A stretch of 64,000 nucleotides of DNA from an uncultured cyanobacterium (GCA_903858015.1 CAIOGZ010000045.1:7178-71177), one strand, 5' to 3'. Positions 8,754 to 18,721 are shown, numbered from the stretch's first letter. The notes: generated by a model from the letters alone, not told the origin. Numbers and translations: made by a program.

Positions 8754-10733
8754 TCATCGCTGCGCCACTAGATACCAGCCGCCACTTCCTTGAGGCCGCC
8801 AGCGCGGTTCCCAGTTGGCATAGGAATAGTGCTGGCGGGCACCATTGTGGTTTTGGGGATAGCCGCCATTCACCAAATCACAGCTGCCGTAGGGATCATT
8901 CATGATCACGCCGCTGGCGTCGTAGCCGATCACCACGGTCCAGTGGCCCCCGCCGCTCGGCGCCGATGGCGGGCCGTTGATCAGCCAACCCACCGCCACC
9001 GGGCGGCCCGCATCGATCTCACTTTTGATGGTCTGTAAGGTGCCATCGGTACGGAACTCCGCCTTCAGGCCCAGGTGCCGCAGCGCCGCAAGCTGGGCCT
9101 CAGAGGTGGTGGAGTCGCCGTATTGTTGGCGCAGAGCGTTGTAATCATCTTCGTTGGGTTCCTTGCCCCAGTAGGCGGCAAGCATGGCCGAACTGGCTGA
9201 GAAGCAATCGCGCCATCCCTGGCCATCGTCCATGGCCAGTTGGTCGAACCAGGGCACGTTGAGCGGATTGGGATGGGGGGCAGCAACTGCAGTGGCTGCT
9301 GTGGCAGGCCGATCGACTGCCCTAGGCCCGCCGCCGGTACCGAGCTGGCCTGGAGGGGTTCGGCTGGGTTGGCCGGCGCTAGCGGGTTGGGCCGCTGCGC
9401 TAGCCAAGCTGGCCATCCCCTGCTGCCACAGATCGGCCTCCGCCTGACGGCGCCGTAGGAGCCCCGCCTGCACCGAACTGCCCGGATCGCAATACAGCAG
9501 GAGGGCTTCGGGTACCTCAGCCCAATCCTTTTCCCTGAGACGGCGGCTGATCGTATCGAAGCCGGCACCGCCATAGAAATCTTCACCCAGATTCCAGGCA
9601 AAGGAGATCAGGCAGCAGCGCTGATCTTCCGCCATGCCGCTCCAGTAGGGAACGCGGCTGGCTAGATGGCGGGCGCAGGCATTGACACCAGCGAGCAGTT
9701 GGGCATCGGCCTCGGCGCGGCTAAGGGTGTCACCGGGCTGCACCGGACGCCCATCAAGACTGGTGAAGCCGTAGCCGATCGTCCAGGGTTCATCGCCGCT
9801 GGCCGGATCCGGATAGGCGTGATCCACAAATCCTTCGAACTCGGCAATCAACTGCAAGGCGGGTTCATAGGCAGGCGCGGCATCGCGTTGGCCAACGGCA
9901 GGGTGGGCGGCAAGGGAGGCGGTAGGGGAGGTAGTAGGGGAAGCTGCAGTGGGCTCCGCAGCCAGTAGGGGCAGGCTCGCCGCCGGGCCTGCCAGCCGAT
10001 GGGGTGGGGTGATTGCGCCGTTCGGAGGCGCGGATCGGGCCAGGATTGGGCGCAACACTGGCCCAGGGCTGGACTCTGGAACCAGGGGCGCTGGCCGGGG
10101 CTGCAGCGCGATCGGATCCACAGCAACGGCAGCCGCTGCAGGCGACGGGCGCGATGGTTGCAGAAGGCCGGAAAACTTGTTGGCTACGTAGGGGGCAAAC
10201 AGGGTGAGACCCGAATAAAGAAAAGTGCTAACAGCCACACTGGATGCGGGCATCTGACAGGTGAGTCCAAAGGTGTAGAGCGAAAAAACACCAAAGCCCA
10301 GATAGATCAAAAGAATCGCCACCATGCCCGCCAGGGCAATCAGTCGGCTGCTGCTGGCCTCCATTAGGATCACCGACGTGGGAGGGCCGTGCGGCGCGAG
10401 GGCCTTGATGCGAGCCTGGCTATCCCCCTGGGATTGCGCCCAGTGCTCGTCTAAAGGAATCGAGAGATGGGTGGGCTCGGAGATGGCATTGGCAAGCGAC
10501 CAGCCACTGCGCTGCAGCCGCCAATAAATCACGAAAAGCGTGACAACAACAGCGGTGAAAATGCCGGTGCTGATCGCCATCACCAGCTCGGGCCCCATGC
10601 TTCGGCAGAGGCCAGCGGCACCACCTAGCTGCTCCTGGGCCGCCGCAGGAAGCGAAAAGCCAAGCAACAACAAACAGACCATCAGCTTGGATCTGGATGG
10701 CATGATCAGCCGAACAAGTTTCAGATTCTTCAT
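8754..10733 (-). CDS. Membrane-anchored fusion: N-terminal multi-TM region, Pro-rich linker, GH24 (phage-type) lysozyme, C39-like peptidase
   Basis: Signal-like and 3 TM-like segments at the N-terminus. LIAEFEGFVDHAYPDPASGDEPWTIGYG fits GH24 E..D..T. LNVPWFDQ...DCFSAS, GHWTVVIGYD and NDPYG fit Peptidase_C39_2-like Cys/His/Asp. Confidence 0.8.
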   Translation of the reverse strand: MKNLKLVRLIMPSRSKLMVCLLLLGFSLPAAAQEQLGGAAGLCRSMGPELVMAISTGIFTAVVVTLFVIYWRLQRSGWSLANAISEPTHLSIPLDEHWAQSQGDSQARIKALAPHGPPTSVILMEASSSRLIALAGMVAILLIYLGFGVFSLYTFGLTCQMPASSVAVSTFLYSGLTLFAPYVANKFSGLLQPSRPSPAAAAVAVDPIALQPRPAPLVPESSPGPVLRPILARSAPPNGAITPPHRLAGPAASLPLLAAEPTAASPTTSPTASLAAHPAVGQRDAAPAYEPALQLIAEFEGFVDHAYPDPASGDEPWTIGYGFTSLDGRPVQPGDTLSRAEADAQLLAGVNACARHLASRVPYWSGMAEDQRCCLISFAWNLGEDFYGGAGFDTISRRLREKDWAEVPEALLLYCDPGSSVQAGLLRRRQAEADLWQQGMASLASAAAQPASAGQPSRTPPGQLGTGGGPRAVDRPATAATAVAAPHPNPLNVPWFDQLAMDDGQGWRDCFSASSAMLAAYWGKEPNEDDYNALRQQYGDSTTSEAQLAALRHLGLKAEFRTDGTLQTIKSEIDAGRPVAVGWLINGPPSAPSGGGHWTVVIGYDASGVIMNDPYGSCDLVNGGYPQNHNGARQHYSYANWEPRWRPQGSGGWYLVAQR

Positions 10734-10754
10734 TTCAATAACTGCGATAGTTTC

Positions 10755-11666
10755 TCAATGGGTGGAATCAGTTGTCGACGCTTTGTGGATCAAGACGGCG
10801 GCCTCTTTGACAGCGAATTGATCATCCATGACAAAGACTGGAGTGTCATTGAGGGCTAATTGCTGATCAACAAAATCGAGGAAAGCGCCCAGCTGATAGC
10901 GATCACGCAAGGACAGCCGCTCGGATCCACTCCCATACTCCTGATTGGCAATCGCTGTAGCAAAGCTGCGGGTTAGTGCAATCGTCTGCTTGTAAAGACG
11001 AGCGCTTATCTGTTGATTGCTTTTCAGATTGAAGGTGTTGATCGTCACCACCGCCATACCCAAGGCGAAGCCCGAGGCCACCAGCACGCTGAAGGGCCAA
11101 CGGATCTCCGTCTGCAAGCCATGCAGACTGAGCAATGCCAGCATCGTTGCCGACAGCATTGCCGCCGCATTGGCCATGCCAACCAAGGCCTGATAGTTTG
11201 CAGAAAAAATCTGCATACTCTGGCAATGGTATTGATAAAGCTCCTTCAATTCAATGGCCTGTCGCACTAGGCGTTGCCTCTGCAGAGGAGACGCGGTTGG
11301 CAATGCCAAACCCAACTGCTGAAGATTGATGCTGGTGCCCAGCGGCAGCGGGTCGCCTGGTTGTTGGTGCTGCTGGGGATCGGGTTGCAGCAACTTGATT
11401 GGGACCCTGTTGCAATAACCTAAATTGCGTTGGCGGCTCTGGGCCGCCTGGCGGTATACCACAACGAGGGCGAAGGCCAACGCCAGGATGGCGCCCGCCA
11501 GCAGCAGATGGCCAGCCGTACTGAGCCGTAGTCTCCGGCCAGCTTGCTGCATCCCTTGGCCCACCAACCTGGCATGGTTGGGTAGCTCGCCTGCATCCAC
11601 GCTTGCCTCCATCAGCAACCGCCTGATCGCCATGCCTGGGCCTTGGCGCTCGATCGCCTGGGTCAT
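10755..11666 (-). CDS. Hypothetical membrane protein (3 predicted TM helices; C-terminal 2TM part SLATT-like)
   Basis: Hydrophobic segments LLLAGAILALAFALVVVY, NAAAMLSATMLALLSL and FSVLVASGFALGMAVVTI. First gene of the minus-strand run. Confidence 0.55.
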   Translation of the reverse strand: MTQAIERQGPGMAIRRLLMEASVDAGELPNHARLVGQGMQQAGRRLRLSTAGHLLLAGAILALAFALVVVYRQAAQSRQRNLGYCNRVPIKLLQPDPQQHQQPGDPLPLGTSINLQQLGLALPTASPLQRQRLVRQAIELKELYQYHCQSMQIFSANYQALVGMANAAAMLSATMLALLSLHGLQTEIRWPFSVLVASGFALGMAVVTINTFNLKSNQQISARLYKQTIALTRSFATAIANQEYGSGSERLSLRDRYQLGAFLDFVDQQLALNDTPVFVMDDQFAVKEAAVLIHKASTTDSTH

Positions 11667-12322
11667 GGGCTGCAGCCGTTACAGGAACTAGCCAGCAAGG
11701 GCAAAGCGATGCAATAACAGCTTGAGGCGCCGGCGGGGGTGAATGAACTGGAACTTGCTAGCAATGCCATGGGTGATGCACCTGCTGGAAGGTTCTGGAG
11801 CTGATTTTCTCTGTCTAAGGTGAATCAATGGACAGCATTCGAATGGGCTGGGTTGAGTCCGGCTCAAGCGATTGCCGTATCCATCGATCGAACAATGAAC
11901 CACCTCGCCCCAGCTGGCCAATCATTTCTGAAATCTTTCAAAGCCCTGCCCCATCCAGCTCGCCGCGGCCCTTCAGCTTCGGTACCAGCTCCAGCTCCAA
12001 CCCCAGCTCCAGCCTCGGCTGCAGCCCGAGCCCCGGCATCGCCTGCCCATCGACCGACAGGGCGAGGAAGAGAAGCATAGGAATAAGAGTATAAACTCAA
12101 CATTCGCAAGTAAAGTACAATTTCAACCCCAACATCGAAACCCTGCCCCAAAGGTCCAGTTTCGGCTTGACAGCATGGCCACAGTTTTGCCAAAATAGTT
12201 ACTGGTATGCTTAAAATAGCCTCACCCGCCTGCGCCCCCCCTAGCCATGCATGCATACTGATCGGCCAGCTTTTGCCATCAATGAGGATGTCCGATTCTT
12301 GTTTCGCTAGCCATGGCAGCTC

Positions 12323-13714
12323 TTGGCCCCAACTCCTCGTGCTGGCTGGCTAATCGGCCCCTATCGGCTGACCATTTTAGGAGAGCTGAGCCTAGGTGGA
12401 TCCGGAATCAATATCATGCCTTTGCAGCGAGAGTTGCTGCTCATTTTTGCGCTACAACCCAGACAAATCCTAACGCAACAGGAGCTTATTAGCCGGCTCT
12501 GGCCGGATCAACAACCAACCAAAACCCAACGCCCTGCCCTCAGCTTAGCCGTGCACCGCCTGCGCCAGGTCTTCGCCCAGGGCCCCCTGGGGACCGAGGT
12601 GATTCGGAGCATCTACGGCAAGGGATACAGCTTTGAGGCCCCAGTTGAACCGATGGATACGCCCGAACCGAAGCCGAATGGGTCGCCATCTGCCCCGGCA
12701 AGCGCCAGCAACGAAACCGCTGTCCAAGCCTATGATCGCAGCATGGCCAGTCGTCTGTTTTATTTTGAGGCCCATGATTACTGGCCCAATCGCGATCCCT
12801 ATCGCCTGCCTCGTCAGCAATGGCTGCTGCAGCAGAGCGTTGAACATGATCCCAACTTCAACCAAGGCCGGCTGGAGCTTTGTTATTTTCAGCTACTCCA
12901 ATGTCTCTGGGGTGTGCGTACCGCCGCCAGCACGCTGCCCGATTTACAACAGTGCCTCGATCTAGGCGATCAGCAGGACAGCCAAGCCCCGGGCTGGGCC
13001 GCGATCAAAGCGGAAACCTTGTCGTTACTGCTCTGGCAACCGCAAACCAGTCAGCGCCTTTATGGCAGCTGGCTGGGTCCAACCCTGCCTGCCGGATTGC
13101 CGCGCTTTGCCTGGGCCCGCCACCTGATTTTCACAGGAAAAGCGCGCCAGGCCCTGCGGCTGCTTGCTCAACTACTGCACCAAGACCTCAGCCAGGGCTG
13201 GTTGGTGCTATCGCTGGCCCATTGTGCCCTCGGCGACATTGCGGCCGCCGAGCAGGCGGCCGAACAACAGTTGCGGGTGAATCCAGCCCTGGTGGGCAGC
13301 AAATTGTTTCTGGCCATGCTGGTGGCCCTGCGGGGCGAAGCTGAGCTGGCCACGAAGCTGGTGGAAGAGAGTGGCATCCTGGAACGGCCGTTTCAAGGCT
13401 CCCTTTCGATGGTGGCCTATGCGCTGGCCCACGGCAGGTTGGCCAAACGAGCCCACCAACTCTTGGATGAGGCCCTGGCCCTGATTAGCCAGGATCCCGA
13501 TGCGGCCGGCGCCCTCGGCTACTGGGGGTTGGCGGCCCTGGCCCTGGGTCGCTCCTATGAAGCGATCGGCTTGCTCAAGCTGAGCGTGCGGCGCCGCTGT
13601 TATGCCGCCCCGGTGTTGATGGCCACCCCCTTTCTCCACCCCCATGCGCCAACCCCGGCCGGCCAACTATTTCGCGAGCGCATGGGCCGTGCCTTCGTGA
13701 TCGCCCCCAAATAA
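12323..13714 (+). CDS. Transcriptional regulator, OmpR/PhoB-type winged helix plus TPR-like sensor
   Basis: ILTQQELISRLWP...LSLAVHRLRQ...IRSIYGKGYSF (Trans_reg_C pattern), then helical TPR-like repeats. Divergent from the borosin cluster. TTG start uncertain. Confidence 0.8.
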   Translation: MAPTPRAGWLIGPYRLTILGELSLGGSGINIMPLQRELLLIFALQPRQILTQQELISRLWPDQQPTKTQRPALSLAVHRLRQVFAQGPLGTEVIRSIYGKGYSFEAPVEPMDTPEPKPNGSPSAPASASNETAVQAYDRSMASRLFYFEAHDYWPNRDPYRLPRQQWLLQQSVEHDPNFNQGRLELCYFQLLQCLWGVRTAASTLPDLQQCLDLGDQQDSQAPGWAAIKAETLSLLLWQPQTSQRLYGSWLGPTLPAGLPRFAWARHLIFTGKARQALRLLAQLLHQDLSQGWLVLSLAHCALGDIAAAEQAAEQQLRVNPALVGSKLFLAMLVALRGEAELATKLVEESGILERPFQGSLSMVAYALAHGRLAKRAHQLLDEALALISQDPDAAGALGYWGLAALALGRSYEAIGLLKLSVRRRCYAAPVLMATPFLHPHAPTPAGQLFRERMGRAFVIAPK

Positions 13715-13756
13715 AGCCCCCAACTGAAAGCTTGCCCAACAGCCCCGCAGATGCGA

Positions 13757-15472
13757 TTAAAACGCCGCGATCGGCATGCGCCAACCGGTGCCGAAGGAGC
13801 GGCGGCTTACCTTCAAGCTGGGCGCCGCCTGGCGCCGCTTGAACTCCGAGCGCCGCAGCAGGGTCCAGATCCGCTCCACCAACACCGCATCGGCACCCTC
13901 CGCCACCAGCTGCTCGGGGCTGGCTAGATCCTCCACCAGCCGCTTCAAAATCGGATCGAGCTGGGCGTAATCGGGCAGCGAATCACTATCGCGTTGGCCG
14001 GGCCGCAGTTCGGCGCTGGGGGGTTTGGTGCGAATCGCCGCGCCAATCAACGCCCCCTCGGCCGGCAGCCCCAGGGAGCGGCGGCAGGCGCTGGCGGCCG
14101 CTGAATCGATCCACTCGCAGAGCTCAAACACGGTGGTTTTGTAAAGATCGCCGATCACGGCCAGGCCACCATTCATGTCGCCATAGAGGGTGCAATAGCC
14201 CACCGCCAGCTCGGATTTATTGCCGGTGGCCAACAGCAACTGGCCCTGCTGGTTGGCCACCGCCATCAGCAGCGTGCCCCGCAGCCGCGATTGCAGGTTT
14301 TCGGCGCACAGCCCCGCCGGGGGCTCCCCCAAGGCGGGCGCCAACGCCGTATCCATGGCCTGCATCAACGGCGCAATCGGGAGTGTGTCGAGCACCAGGC
14401 CCAAGCGCGCCGCCAGATCGGCCGCATCGCCCAGCGAGCCCGGCGAACTCCAGGGGGAGGGCAGGCGCAGGGCCCGCACCCGCTGGGCGCCAAGGGCCGC
14501 GCAGGCGATCACCGCCACCAGGGCCGAATCGATGCCACCGCTGAGCCCCAGCAGGCCGCCGTTGAAGCCGCACTTGCGGGCGTAGTCGCCCAGGCCCAGC
14601 ACCAGGGCCCGCAGCAGCTGCTCCGGCGCCGCTGGTTCGCCGCCGCAGGGCGCTTCGGCCGGGGCGAGGCGATTGGCGGGCGCGGGCGCTGGGGTCGGGG
14701 CATCCCAAAAGCTCAAATCTTCGGCGGCCCAGGCCTGTTGCAGCACCACCACGCCGGCAGCATCCACCACAAAACCGCCGCCGTCGAACACCAGGTCGTC
14801 GTTGCCGCCCACCTGGTTGACGTAGACCACCGGCACGCCCAGCCGGCTCGCCGCCCGCGCCGCCAACCGCCGCCGCAGCGCCGCCTTGCCCTGGCCGAAG
14901 GGGGAAGCCGAGAGGTTGAGCAGCAGGTCGAGGCGCTGGCCCGCCAGCTCGGCGATCGGATCGGCCCCGGCCAGGCGGTGGCCCTGCAGGCCCTCCTCCA
15001 CCCAGAGGTCTTCGCAGATGGTGAGGCCGAAGCGCCAGCTGCGCGCGCCCCGCTCCAGCTCCAGCACCGCCGCCGCCTCACCGGGGCGGAAGTAGCGGCG
15101 TTCATCGAAGACGTCGTAGCTGGGCAGCAGCCGCTTGCGGGCCACCACCCGCCAACCGCCGGCTTCCACCAGGGCCAGGGCGTTGTGCAACGCCGGCAGC
15201 TCCGAGCTGGCGATCGGCTCCACCATCCCAACCAGCAGCGCCATGCCAGGCGGCAGCTGGGCAACGAGCCGATCGAGGGCCCGGCCCTGGGCCGCCAGCA
15301 GCGAGGGCCGCAGCAGCAGGTCGCGGGGGGGATAGCCCCAGAGGGAGAGTTCGGGGCTGAGCAGCAGCTGGGCCCCGGCCGCCGCCGCCCGCTGGCTGGC
15401 CGCCAGGATCCGCTCGGCATTGCCGGCCAGATCACCCACCACGGCATCGAGCTGGGCCAGGGCCAGGCGCAT
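13757..15472 (-). CDS. nadE: Glutamine-dependent NAD+ synthetase
   Basis: Nitrilase-like domain (PELSLWGY, RKRLLP, ICEDLW) plus SGGIDS synthetase domain. Start MRLALAQ at 15472. Confidence 0.95.
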   Translation of the reverse strand: MRLALAQLDAVVGDLAGNAERILAASQRAAAAGAQLLLSPELSLWGYPPRDLLLRPSLLAAQGRALDRLVAQLPPGMALLVGMVEPIASSELPALHNALALVEAGGWRVVARKRLLPSYDVFDERRYFRPGEAAAVLELERGARSWRFGLTICEDLWVEEGLQGHRLAGADPIAELAGQRLDLLLNLSASPFGQGKAALRRRLAARAASRLGVPVVYVNQVGGNDDLVFDGGGFVVDAAGVVVLQQAWAAEDLSFWDAPTPAPAPANRLAPAEAPCGGEPAAPEQLLRALVLGLGDYARKCGFNGGLLGLSGGIDSALVAVIACAALGAQRVRALRLPSPWSSPGSLGDAADLAARLGLVLDTLPIAPLMQAMDTALAPALGEPPAGLCAENLQSRLRGTLLMAVANQQGQLLLATGNKSELAVGYCTLYGDMNGGLAVIGDLYKTTVFELCEWIDSAAASACRRSLGLPAEGALIGAAIRTKPPSAELRPGQRDSDSLPDYAQLDPILKRLVEDLASPEQLVAEGADAVLVERIWTLLRRSEFKRRQAAPSLKVSRRSFGTGWRMPIAAF

Positions 15473-15483
15473 CGGGATTCGGC

Positions 15484-16134
15484 TCAAGGGGGCGACGGCC
15501 CTTGCAGGCCATAAAGATTGTGCTGCAGCAACAGCGGCCATAACGCCGCCGGCACCTCCTGGAGGGCAGCAGGCACGGGCTCGGCCAGGGGCGTGGCTGG
15601 GGGCTGGGCCTGCGGGGCGGCGGGGGCCTGCTGGGCGGCGGGGGCCTGCTGGCGAACGCGGCTGCTGGCGGTGGCAGGCACCGCCACATCAAGGATCTCC
15701 GTACGGGCCCCGAGCTGCTGCAGGCTGGCCAGCTCGGGGCTCTGCAGCGGCCAGCCGCCGCGGGGCGCGATCGCCAGCCGGCAGCCCTGCAGCAGCCGCG
15801 CCGCTTGCCGCCAGCGGGGGATCTGGGCCACCAGATCGCTGCCCACCACAAACACCAGCGGCTGCCCAGGCCAGCGCCGCCCGGCCCGCTCCAGGGTCTC
15901 GATCGCCCAGGGGCTGCTCAACTCCGGCTCCAGGCTGAGGCGCGGGTTGTGGATCGCCGCCACCAGGGTGCCCAACAGCTCGGAGCGCAGGGCCAGGGGG
16001 GCGCCGTGCTGCTTGAGCGGGTTGTCACTGGCCCAGGTCGCCACCTGGGGATAGCGCTGCAGCAACCCCTCCAGCAGCACCCGGTGGCCTTCGGTGGGCG
16101 GATCGGCGCTGGTGCCGAACAGGGCGACGGTCAC
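15484..16134 (-). CDS. nadD: Nicotinate-nucleotide adenylyltransferase
   Basis: LFGTSADPPTEGH, FVVGSDL and SSRVR motifs; adjacent to nadE. Confidence 0.92.
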   Translation of the reverse strand: MTVALFGTSADPPTEGHRVLLEGLLQRYPQVATWASDNPLKQHGAPLALRSELLGTLVAAIHNPRLSLEPELSSPWAIETLERAGRRWPGQPLVFVVGSDLVAQIPRWRQAARLLQGCRLAIAPRGGWPLQSPELASLQQLGARTEILDVAVPATASSRVRQQAPAAQQAPAAPQAQPPATPLAEPVPAALQEVPAALWPLLLQHNLYGLQGPSPP

Positions 16135-16204
16135 GATGGCATTCGGGGCTGCACAGGGCGTTCGTCACGATCGCATCCAGGCCAGCAGCTTCAGGGCCAG
16201 AACT

Positions 16205-17557
16205 TCAGGGCAGGAGCGGATCGAGCGCGCCGCTGGCCGCCGATGCCTGCCAGGCGCCCAACCAGCGGCGGGTTTCGGGGTCCTGGGCCAGCAGGCGCCG
16301 CAGCAGGGCGCCCGGTTGGCCGGCGGCGGCGCTGGAGCGCAACAGCTCCGCTGCCGCCAGCCGACCGGTGCGGCGGGTGGTCTGCACCGCCAAGGCGGCC
16401 TGGGCCAGGGCGACGGGGGCGGCCGGGGCGAGGCTGAGCCCACCGCTGAGCGGCACCGCCAGCAGCAGCAGCTGGCGCATGCCGCCCAGCAGCAGCTGCA
16501 GCCCCAGCTGGGTGCCACCCAGCAGGGCGTTGTGACCGGAAAGGCGGGCCAGCAGCTGGCGGGCGCCGCGGCGGCCCATCGGCAGGCCATAGAGCTGGCT
16601 GAGCTGCAGCACCAGGGCGCTATCGCAGGCGATGCCACCGGCCAGATCGAGCAGCAGCAAGGGGTTGATCGCCACGGCGGTGGCCTTGGCCACGGCGAAG
16701 CGACCGATCAACTCCTGGGCCCGGCGCCGGCCCTGCTGGAGGCGAAAGCGATGCAGCGTCTGGCTGAAGCGGTCGGCGGCGCGCAGGGCATTGAGGGCGA
16801 GCAGCAGGGCGCCCTGCTGTTCGAGCAGCTCCAGCAGCGCCGTTTCCAACGGGGCGACCTGGGCCGGGCCGGCCTCGCTGCGTACGCGGCCATCGGCGAG
16901 CACCCGGGGCTGGCGCGGGGCCGCCGCCACGGCGATCGGCTCGAGATGGGCGGCGGCGGCGGGCAGCCGGCGGCGGATGCTGGCCTGCAGGGCCGGCAGC
17001 TCGGCGGCGGGCCAGCAATCGCTGCGGTTGAGCACCAATAGCAGCGGTTTGCCGCTGGCCAGCAGGATTTCGAGCGCTTCGAGCTCGACCCGGCCCAGGT
17101 CGGCGTCGATCACCAGCAGCACCAGATCGGCCCCCAGCGCCAGCCGCCGCGCCAGCCGCGCCCTGGCGGCGGCGGCGATTTCATCGATGCCGGGCGTATC
17201 GACCAGCTCAACGCCGGCCAGGCCGCTGATCGGGCGGCGCCAGGCCCGGGCCTGCTGGCGCCGGGTGCAGCCGTGGGCCACATCGGTGGCGAAGTGGCTC
17301 TCCCCCAAAAGGGCATTGAGCAGGCTCGACTTGCCCACCCCCACCCGGCCGAACACCGCCACCCTCGGGCGCCGCTGCAGCAGGCGCTCCAGCTGGCGGT
17401 CCAAAGCCGCCAGCTCGGCGGCCAGCAGGCTGCGTTCGCGGCCGCTGAGCTCCAGATCCTGGCGCCACTGCTGCAGCAACAAGCGGCAACGCTCCGGGGT
17501 GGAGGGCGTGCCGGGGGGAGGCCCCGCCGCTGCAGCCTGGCCAGGGGCGGCGCTCAT
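16205..17557 (-). CDS. GTP-binding protein with DUF697-type C-terminal region
   Basis: G1 GRVGVGKS, G3 DTPG, G4 NRSD. Likely start ATG 17557 overlapping the upstream stop. Confidence 0.85.
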   Translation of the reverse strand: MSAAPGQAAAAGPPPGTPSTPERCRLLLQQWRQDLELSGRERSLLAAELAALDRQLERLLQRRPRVAVFGRVGVGKSSLLNALLGESHFATDVAHGCTRRQQARAWRRPISGLAGVELVDTPGIDEIAAAARARLARRLALGADLVLLVIDADLGRVELEALEILLASGKPLLLVLNRSDCWPAAELPALQASIRRRLPAAAAHLEPIAVAAAPRQPRVLADGRVRSEAGPAQVAPLETALLELLEQQGALLLALNALRAADRFSQTLHRFRLQQGRRRAQELIGRFAVAKATAVAINPLLLLDLAGGIACDSALVLQLSQLYGLPMGRRGARQLLARLSGHNALLGGTQLGLQLLLGGMRQLLLLAVPLSGGLSLAPAAPVALAQAALAVQTTRRTGRLAAAELLRSSAAAGQPGALLRRLLAQDPETRRWLGAWQASAASGALDPLLP

Positions 17558-18567
17558 GGCGGCGCCTCCGCGGCACTCGGGGGGCGCCGCCACCAGCCCG
17601 CCAGCACCGCCAGCACCGCTTCAGGACCGATCACCCCGACAAACCCACCGAACTCATCCACCACCACCCGCACGGCGGCGCTGTTGCGGCGAAAGCTGGT
17701 GAGCAAACGATCGGCGCGGATCATCTCCGGCACAAATTCCACCGGATCGACTAGGTCGGCCACCAGCGATTCGCCCCGGCCCTCCAGCAGCAGGCCGAGC
17801 AGCTGCTCGCGGCTGGCGACACCCAGCACCTCATCGACCTCCTCGCCGAGCACCACCCACCAGGCGGCCTGCTGGCGCAGCAGCAAGGGTTGCTGCTCGG
17901 CCAGGCTGGCGCCGCCCTCGAGGGTGGGGGCCGCCACCCGCGGCAGCATCAGATCGCGGGCGGTGAGGTCGTTGAGCTGGAACACCTTGGCGATCATCGC
18001 CGCCTCATCGGCCTCGATCTGACCCTTCTGGGAGCCGAGCCGCGCCAGCAGCCGGATCTCCTCTTCATCGGTGCTGATCTCATTCAAGGCGGTGATCGAG
18101 GGCAGCAGCCGCTCCAGCAGCAGCACCAGCGGTGACATCAGCCACACCACCAGGCCCACGGCCGGGGCGCTGGATAGGGCCACGGGCAGGGCCAGGCGGC
18201 TGCCGATCGACTTGGGCAGGATCTCGCCCAGCAGGATCAACACCACCGTCAGCGCCACCGAGAACAGCGGCAAAACCGGTCCTGTCAAGCCCCGCTCGGC
18301 AAACACCGAGGCGGCAAAACCGCCGACCATGACGCTGCCGAAAATGTTGAACACGTTGTTGGCGATCACCAGCACCGCCAGGGTGCGGCCGAGCCGCAAG
18401 CGCAGGCGTTCGAGTTCGCGGGCGCCGGCCACGGCCCGCGGTCGCCGCGCCAGCTCATGCACCTTGACCGGGTTCACGGTGAGCAGGGCCGCCTCGACGC
18501 CCGAGCAGAGGAAGGAGCCCACCAGCATCAGCGCTACCACCAGAGCAAGTAGCAGCAGGTCGTTCAT
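17554..18567 (-). CDS. CNNM/DUF21 plus CBS domain membrane protein (hemolysin/CorC-like)
   Basis: SFLCSGVEAALL, LVIANNVFNI, GEILPKS, VVDEFGG. Start MNDLLLL at 18567. Confidence 0.9.
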   Translation of the reverse strand: MNDLLLLALVVALMLVGSFLCSGVEAALLTVNPVKVHELARRPRAVAGARELERLRLRLGRTLAVLVIANNVFNIFGSVMVGGFAASVFAERGLTGPVLPLFSVALTVVLILLGEILPKSIGSRLALPVALSSAPAVGLVVWLMSPLVLLLERLLPSITALNEISTDEEEIRLLARLGSQKGQIEADEAAMIAKVFQLNDLTARDLMLPRVAAPTLEGGASLAEQQPLLLRQQAAWWVVLGEEVDEVLGVASREQLLGLLLEGRGESLVADLVDPVEFVPEMIRADRLLTSFRRNSAAVRVVVDEFGGFVGVIGPEAVLAVLAGWWRRPPSAAEAPP

Positions 18568-18721
18568 CGGGCGGCCTGCGCAGCGATCGGCACGGAGCGG
18601 GGTGGTTGCATCGTCCGTATTTAATCGGTTGTGCGATCGTCGCGCTGTAGTGGTTGCCGGATCAAGCGATGGCTGGATCCCTGCCCGCCCCGCTTCGCCG
18701 CCTGTTCGCCGCCGCTTCGCC

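Noticed and set aside
8754-9300. C39 domain as a classic double-glycine leader peptidase of a PCAT exporter
   Set aside because: No ABC domain; it is the C39_2-like type fused to lysozyme, so a RiPP-processing role is unproven.
8754-11666. Prophage lysis cassette or tailocin
   Set aside because: No capsid, tail, baseplate, terminase or integrase genes in the window.
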